A DNA stretch of 64,000 nt, from the IMG/VR virus record IMGVR_UViG_3300009593_002680; one strand, written 5' to 3'. Source of the DNA: a virus. The notes beneath the pieces were generated by a model. The model saw only the letters and a list, made by a program, of their open reading frames with translations. It was not told the origin of the DNA and ran no database searches. Made by a program: the position numbers and the translations under genes. Below are positions 58,788-64,000 of this stretch, in pieces (within the stretch, counting starts at the first letter, position 1; each line of letters starts with the position of its first letter).

Positions 58788-59596
58788 TACAGTCCTCTTA
58801 TTCCTTTTTCAAATATATCTGCCATTAAACTTATTCCATCTAAGTTTGGATGTCCATCAGTGTCTGTTAGCCAATATTCTCTTTTCGTATGAAATAGTCT
58901 TTGCATAGGTTCCCAATTAGTAAATTGATTAAAACATGACCCCTCATTGGGCCAGTTCATATCTTTATATTTTAAAATTGGAGGGTCAATTGTATTGTCG
59001 CCTATATTTTTTATATTGTTTAAAAATGCTTCAGGGCCGACACGTTCATGTATAAATCCCCACAGTACAGTAGCACCAGGTATTAATGATTCATATTGCA
59101 TTGCCAATTTAACTGCTTGTATAGTTGAGTAAGTATAACAGTCAATACCATGTCCATCGTGAGTTTTCATGCTTCTACCCATTGCTTTAATAGGTAAGTG
59201 TTGTTGTTGATTAGTCCAGTAGTTACCATAGTTATTAGTATCAGCCATATACTGTGGGTCTATACTAAAGTGTGAATCTATCCGACCTTGGTCAGGATTA
59301 AAATAAGTCCAACGATCCATTACAGTAAAAGCAAATATAATTAAAGGCTTTTTAGCATTACCCAAACCATTCCATTCAATTCCGCCTCTATCTTCTATTG
59401 GGCCTCCGTGCGGAGTATTAACTGGTTGAAGTGCTATTGAAGTATTTGAAGAACCACCTTGAGCAATATTGGCAAAAGGTACTCCAAACCTTTCTGCTAA
59501 CATTCCGGGCCAAGTACCTTTAGTCCCTAAACCAATTTGGTCTCGACAACCTTCTGTAAAACTATCCCCACATGCTAAAATAAAATCAAATTCCAT
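58787..59596 (-). CDS. SGNH-like hypothetical protein (paralog)
   Basis: ACGDSFT, NIAQGGSSN and DGHPN; likely start ATG 59596. Confidence 0.65.
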   Translation of the reverse strand: MEFDFILACGDSFTEGCRDQIGLGTKGTWPGMLAERFGVPFANIAQGGSSNTSIALQPVNTPHGGPIEDRGGIEWNGLGNAKKPLIIFAFTVMDRWTYFNPDQGRIDSHFSIDPQYMADTNNYGNYWTNQQQHLPIKAMGRSMKTHDGHGIDCYTYSTIQAVKLAMQYESLIPGATVLWGFIHERVGPEAFLNNIKNIGDNTIDPPILKYKDMNWPNEGSCFNQFTNWEPMQRLFHTKREYWLTDTDGHPNLDGISLMADIFEKGIRGL

Positions 59597-59601
59597 ACTG
59601 C

Positions 59602-59609
59602 TATTTATT
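59602..59609 (-). promoter_or_regulatory. Late promoter box AATAAATA (predicted leaderless)
   Basis: 5 nt before ATG 59596; overlaps a plus-strand -35 box. Confidence 0.65.
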
Positions 59610-59636
59610 GACAAATTGATTAAAGTACATTATAAT
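59608..59636 (+). promoter_or_regulatory. Consensus sigma70 promoter
   Basis: TTGACA-17 nt-TATAAT. Confidence 0.88.
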
Positions 59637-59921
59637 TAGTTAAGTTTGAGAATATATCAGATACAGTAAGAGAATGGCTAGAAGTAACCTTCGAACTTAT
59701 ATTTTTATGTTGTTCACAAATATGACTCCGGAGTCTTTGTGTTGACTGATTGGGGAACACTGAGTTCCTTCTTTATCTATCACATCTTAATGAGCGGTGA
59801 AATATCTTAATGTCAACTGGTTCAATACCAATCAGTTGCTAATATTTAATCAATTACAAGAAAAGGTGTATGAAATGGTATATTTTGATTAAATAATGGT
59901 ATTAAACAGGAGTTATAATAA

Positions 59922-60287
59922 GTGACATACGTTGTAAAGGGTGAATGTGTAGATTGCAAACACACCACTTGCGTAAAAGTGTGCCCAGTCGATTGCTTTT
60001 TTGAATTGGAGAATACATTAGTTATTGATCCAAAAATTTGCATTGATTGTGCTATATGTGAACCCGAATGCCCGGTAGATGCTATTGTGAGTGATAGAAA
60101 GTTAAAACCTGAAGACCAAAAATGGTTGGATTTTAATGCAGATTACTCTCCATCTGGTGGAAAAATAAACCCTCCTGTTATAACTAAGGTAAAAGAGCCC
60201 ATGCCTACGTTCGAAGAAGCCGCCAAATATACTGCTGATGAGCAATGGAGTAAAGTTAGCAGAATACCAGTCAAAGAAATTGACTAA
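59922..60287 (+). CDS. fdxA: FdxA-type (7Fe/8Fe) ferredoxin
   Basis: CVDCKHTTCVKVCPVDCF and CIDCAICEPECPVDAI; AGGAG SD, GTG start. Confidence 0.9.
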   Translation: MTYVVKGECVDCKHTTCVKVCPVDCFFELENTLVIDPKICIDCAICEPECPVDAIVSDRKLKPEDQKWLDFNADYSPSGGKINPPVITKVKEPMPTFEEAAKYTADEQWSKVSRIPVKEID

Positions 60288-60326
60288 ATAACCATAAATT
60301 ATCTGCCAGAAATCATGGCAAATAGG

Positions 60327-60355
60327 TTGACATTGACCCTATAATTCGTTATAAT
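60327..60355 (+). promoter_or_regulatory. Consensus sigma70 promoter
   Basis: TTGACA-17 nt-TATAAT. Confidence 0.88.
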
Positions 60356-60389
60356 ATATGTATATTTTAACAAGGAAGGTAGGAAATAT

Positions 60390-60767
60390 ATGAGTAACTT
60401 AAACACACAAAACCAAAGCAAAGACAAGATTGTTTCAGTAGATGGCTACTGGATTTCAACTGTTACTTGCTATAATGAAAACAATGATGATTCAGTTGTA
60501 GTTCAACTTACTGGATTAGAAAGTATGTGGTATAACCATGAGGAGAACATTGACCACCCAGAAGGTAGTGAATATCCAACTGGTGTTAATGTTGCTCATA
60601 GGAACGTAATGGTGAATAGAGTTGCTGATAGTATTTTAGCAAGAACTGGTATTAACATTAAAGATTATGATAGTGTTATCCATGCTTCTACTTCACCAGG
60701 TAGAAATCCAGATGGTAGTTTTATTGAATCTGGTTTTGAAGATAGAGTTATTAGGAACGTAGCCTAA
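60390..60767 (+). CDS. Early hypothetical protein
   Basis: Promoter and AGGA SD. Confidence 0.75.
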   Translation: MSNLNTQNQSKDKIVSVDGYWISTVTCYNENNDDSVVVQLTGLESMWYNHEENIDHPEGSEYPTGVNVAHRNVMVNRVADSILARTGINIKDYDSVIHASTSPGRNPDGSFIESGFEDRVIRNVA

Positions 60768-60791
60768 CAAAAAACAAAAAGGAGATCCAAT

Positions 60792-61349
60792 ATGGGTAGT
60801 ATGGAAACACTTTATGCAGTATTAATGTCAATGATGTTGAGTTATGCACCTTATAATGCAACTGACGTCGTGATAGATAGAGATGAAGCATTTTGTTTAG
60901 CACAAAATGTTTTTATGGAAGCCAAAGGTGAAAACCTTGCAGGCAAATCAGCAGTAGCACATGTCACACTTAATAGAGTGGCACACAAAAAATATCCAAA
61001 CACAATTTGTGGTGTTACAAAACAAGCCAAACTAAGAGTTAATTGGAGAGGATACGAAGTTCCTATTATAGGTATGTGTCAGTTCAGTTGGTATTGTGAT
61101 GGCAAGTCTGACAAGATACAAGTCGTGTATGAAAAAGGAACTAGAAAAGGAAAAGCAATAGGACCAAACATGGAAGCCTGGAAACAAAGTGTTCAAGTTT
61201 CATTATTGGCTATGTATGGTGTAACAATTGATCCAACAAGTGGTGCGACACATTATTATAACCATAATATCAGTCAACCTAATTGGGGTCAAGTGTATCC
61301 AGTTGTTGCTATTTTAAGCAATCATACCTTCTTAGTTAGAACTGATTAA
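60792..61349 (+). CDS. SleB/Hydrolase_2 cell-wall hydrolase
   Basis: CLAQNVFMEAKGE, CQFSWYCDG, GATHYY and NHTF. Confidence 0.9.
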   Translation: MGSMETLYAVLMSMMLSYAPYNATDVVIDRDEAFCLAQNVFMEAKGENLAGKSAVAHVTLNRVAHKKYPNTICGVTKQAKLRVNWRGYEVPIIGMCQFSWYCDGKSDKIQVVYEKGTRKGKAIGPNMEAWKQSVQVSLLAMYGVTIDPTSGATHYYNHNISQPNWGQVYPVVAILSNHTFLVRTD

Positions 61350-61362
61350 AACATTACTTTAA

Positions 61363-61370
61363 GATAAATA
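61363..61370 (+). promoter_or_regulatory. Late promoter box GATAAATA
   Basis: AGGAG SD before ATG 61398. Confidence 0.7.
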
Positions 61371-61397
61371 CTCTTGTAGGAAAACACAGGAGTAGTT

Positions 61398-61856
61398 ATG
61401 TACGAGTACAGATGTAAAGTCATCAGAGTGATTGATGGCGACACAGTGGACGTAGACATCGATTTAGGTTTTGATATCATGCTCAGAGACGAAAGAGTTC
61501 GTATTATGGGTATCGACACACCAGAAAGCAGAACTAGAGATAAAGTTGAAAAGAAATTTGGCTTGGCTAGTAAGGCTAGATTAAAAGAACTCATAGGTGG
61601 AAAATCAGGACCAATTCTAAAAACCCAGATTAACAAAAAAGGCGAAGACATGCGAGGCAAGTTTGGTCGTATATTAGGTGACTTTGTTACCGACGACGGC
61701 AGAATGGTAACTGAAATCTTAGTTGAAGAAGGACATGCAGTTGCATACTTTGGCGGTAGTAAAGAAGAAATTCAAGATAAGCATATGGCTAATCGTAAAA
61801 AGTTAATCAGAGAAGGTTTTATCGATATTACTGAAGAAGAAGCCGGAATAGTTTAA
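61398..61856 (+). CDS. Thermonuclease (SNase-like) family nuclease
   Basis: RVIDGDTVDV, RVRIMGIDTPE and GKFGRILG. Confidence 0.9.
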   Translation: MYEYRCKVIRVIDGDTVDVDIDLGFDIMLRDERVRIMGIDTPESRTRDKVEKKFGLASKARLKELIGGKSGPILKTQINKKGEDMRGKFGRILGDFVTDDGRMVTEILVEEGHAVAYFGGSKEEIQDKHMANRKKLIREGFIDITEEEAGIV

Positions 61857-61886
61857 TCAAATTATTATTTCCAATTAAATATCCAT

Positions 61887-62462
61887 ATGTTAAAGTGGCA
61901 ATCGACTATTGGATTTTTTAATCCAGAAAAAGCATCAACAGTTGAAGAATTAATAAAAACTTATGTTACACCTGATACAAATTGTATTGAGGTTGGAGTT
62001 TTTTGTGGAAAAAGTTTAATGCATTTGCTAGAAGTAGGAAATCCAAAACATGTATTTGCAATAGATCCTTTTGAAGGCAAAATAAATCAAACTTTAAAGA
62101 CTATAATAGATATGGATATTGATTACAATATGCATTACAAGTATGACAAAGTTTTAAAAAGGTTTAAAGACTTTGATAATGTAACATTTTACAAAGATTA
62201 CTCTCCCCTAACTGACCAAACATTTCCAGACATTGGATATGCATTTGTAGATGGTAATCACACTAAAGAAAATGTTTTAAAAGATGCAGAATGGATTTAT
62301 TCTTTAATGACTAACGGTATTATAGTGTTTGATGATTATGCTATAGAAGGTGTTAAAAATGCATTAGTGTATTTTGCAGAAAAGTACAAACTTGAACTAG
62401 TTGTATCTAACCCAACAACATATAGTGAAACTATTGCCTGGATTATAGTAGAAAAAGGTTGA
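61887..62462 (+). CDS. Class I SAM methyltransferase (Methyltransf_24-like)
   Basis: IEVGVFCGKS, AIDPF, FVDGNH and IIVFDDY; variant ATTAAATA box 5 nt upstream. Confidence 0.85.
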   Translation: MLKWQSTIGFFNPEKASTVEELIKTYVTPDTNCIEVGVFCGKSLMHLLEVGNPKHVFAIDPFEGKINQTLKTIIDMDIDYNMHYKYDKVLKRFKDFDNVTFYKDYSPLTDQTFPDIGYAFVDGNHTKENVLKDAEWIYSLMTNGIIVFDDYAIEGVKNALVYFAEKYKLELVVSNPTTYSETIAWIIVEKG

Positions 62463-62486
62463 CATTTCATATATAATCTATATAAT
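62459..62486 (+). promoter_or_regulatory. Sigma70-type promoter
   Basis: TTGACA-16 nt-TATAAT. Confidence 0.7.
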
Positions 62487-62508
62487 ATAAAAATTACAGG
62501 AAAATACT

Positions 62509-62802
62509 ATGTTAATTGAAGTTATAAAAGAAGGCGAGGTTGTTAGTTGTAGACTTACAACTGGTGAAGAATTAATCGCAAGATTAAAGAAAGATAATAG
62601 AGATAAAGGTTCTGTAGAACTAACACAACCTCTTATAGTTGGTAGAGGACCTGAAGGATTTGGACTTATGCCATATATGATGACAGTTAATCCTGATACC
62701 ACAGTAGAAATTAAAATGGAACACATTTTAAGTATGGCAAAGACTAACGACGAAATCACAAAAGGTTATACAAAACAAACAAGCAAGATAGAGACATTAT
62801 AA
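62509..62802 (+). CDS. Conserved small phage protein (Sm-like beta fold inferred)
   Basis: VVSCRLTTGEELIARL...LMPYM motif. Confidence 0.65.
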   Translation: MLIEVIKEGEVVSCRLTTGEELIARLKKDNRDKGSVELTQPLIVGRGPEGFGLMPYMMTVNPDTTVEIKMEHILSMAKTNDEITKGYTKQTSKIETL

Positions 62803-63296
62803 TGACAAAAAGATATTATTCAGGAAAAACTTATGCACATAACACAGGACATAGTTGTGCATTTAGGCAATGGCGAGCAGATAGTCATTGTAATTTAATA
62901 CACGGTTACGCATTACAGTTTGAATTCGTATTTGGTGGAGATGAACTTGATGAACGTAACTGGATAGTGGACTTCGGAGGATTGAAGCCACTTAAAGAAT
63001 GGTTGAAATATATGTTTGACCATACATACTTGTTAGCAAGTGACGACCCAGAGTTTGAAACATTTCAAATGTTAGCAGACAAAAATCTTATTGATTTAAG
63101 AGTTGTTGGCGGAACAGGTTGTGAAAGATTTGCCGAACAGGCATTTGATGAAGCAGACAGAATTGTTAAAGAACTAACTGAAGGTAGATGTTGGGTTCAA
63201 AAATGTACTGTTAGAGAACATGAGGCAAATAGTGCCACAGTTGAATTAAATGACCATCAAAAAGTTCATTGGTCAATGAACCCTGAAGACAAATAA
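62802..63296 (+). CDS. queD: 6-carboxy-5,6,7,8-tetrahydropterin synthase (QueD/PTPS-like)
   Basis: GHSCAFRQ, SHCNLIHGY, WIVDFG, FDHT, CERFAE and VREHEANSA. Confidence 0.88.
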   Translation: MTKRYYSGKTYAHNTGHSCAFRQWRADSHCNLIHGYALQFEFVFGGDELDERNWIVDFGGLKPLKEWLKYMFDHTYLLASDDPEFETFQMLADKNLIDLRVVGGTGCERFAEQAFDEADRIVKELTEGRCWVQKCTVREHEANSATVELNDHQKVHWSMNPEDK

Positions 63297-63865
63297 TATT
63301 CTACTTCATCTGAAGTTATAGATTTCCTTCCTGGATTGTCTGGGAAAACACAACAAGGTTGAACATTATAGAAACTATTGTTTTCTTCACACCATAATCT
63401 TTTATAATATTTTCCTTCACTATCAAGTTCTATCCAAATCTTATTTTCAAAGTCAACTAATACGTTTTCCATATCACGTCCTTCTTGAACATGTGCATGA
63501 CGTTGCAGTCTATCTAAATAATATCCATCATCACTGATACCATATATAGGCATAGCCATATTCCAACCATGTGTTTGTTCCCATTCTAAATATTCTTCTT
63601 CTGATAACTCTTGTAAATGCCACATAGGTCTATATACACCTGTATTATCTGAGTAAGTTTCACTCAACCATTCTTTTTCTTGTTCCCAAGGGTCTTTATG
63701 CTCTGTTTTTACAAAAGTGTTTATTAAAACGTCATTAAAATACTTGTTAATAACTTTTCCACCATTAGTAGTAGTGTAATAAAGTTCTTGGTTGAATTGT
63801 CTTGAGTCAAAAACCACACATTTTAATAGGTTTTGTGCGGTATCGTGTGTCCATGTAAGTTCCAT
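63266..63865 (-). CDS. Hypothetical protein
   Basis: Likely start ATG 63865, 5 nt after CATAAATA (63871-63878, minus strand). Confidence 0.7.
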   Translation of the reverse strand: MELTWTHDTAQNLLKCVVFDSRQFNQELYYTTTNGGKVINKYFNDVLINTFVKTEHKDPWEQEKEWLSETYSDNTGVYRPMWHLQELSEEEYLEWEQTHGWNMAMPIYGISDDGYYLDRLQRHAHVQEGRDMENVLVDFENKIWIELDSEGKYYKRLWCEENNSFYNVQPCCVFPDNPGRKSITSDEVEYYLSSGFIDQ

Positions 63866-63909
63866 AATCATATTTATGTCCAAACTGTTTTAATTATACG
63901 CAAAATACC

Positions 63910-63917
63910 GATAAATA
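63910..63917 (+). promoter_or_regulatory. Late promoter box GATAAATA (predicted leaderless)
   Basis: 5 nt before ATG 63923. Confidence 0.7.
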
Positions 63918-63922
63918 GTTGC

Positions 63923-64000
63923 ATGTTATTCGGTATATTAACTTTAATAACTGCTCTTGCCATCGCCGGAGTAGCCGCCTGGTTCAGTATTGCTGGACTT
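63923..64000 (+). CDS. 3'-truncated membrane protein
   Basis: MLFGILTLITALAIAGVAAWFSIAGL, running off the window end. Confidence 0.65.
   Translation, partial: MLFGILTLITALAIAGVAAWFSIAGL

Noticed and set aside
59678-59746. 23-codon ORF MARSNLRTY... in the ferredoxin leader
   Set aside because: It has no clear SD and no recognisable features; the region is better explained as structured RNA.

Overview
AT-rich, densely coded window of a large tailed-phage genome, most likely a T4-like/jumbo myovirus. Marine proteobacterial hosts are plausible but only inferred. It carries a DnaB/gp41-like helicase, class Ia nrdAB, two tRNAs (Thr-UGU, Glu-UUC), PAAR, lysozyme, a SleB-type hydrolase and many probable virion/internal-head proteins, including a 2352-aa amidoligase-containing polyprotein. 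A long accessory block encodes two acyl desaturases, radical SAM, 2OG-Fe(II) oxygenase-like proteins, glycosyl- and methyltransferases, GH6, peptide deformylase, ferredoxin and QueD. Two promoter classes are visible: consensus sigma70 promoters and a T4-late-like NATAAATA box that often sits only 5-6 nt before the ATG (predicted leaderless mRNAs). The most striking element is absent from the ORF track: a self-contained unit at 30748-31260 made of a late promoter, a glutamine-riboswitch-like (glnA-type) RNA with an enlarged P3, a 54-aa triple-YRG (DUF4278-like) peptide, a 31-aa membrane peptide and a terminator. Further candidate structured RNAs lie at 42029-42151 and about 59716-59838. All family assignments come from visual motif recognition; no database search was run.
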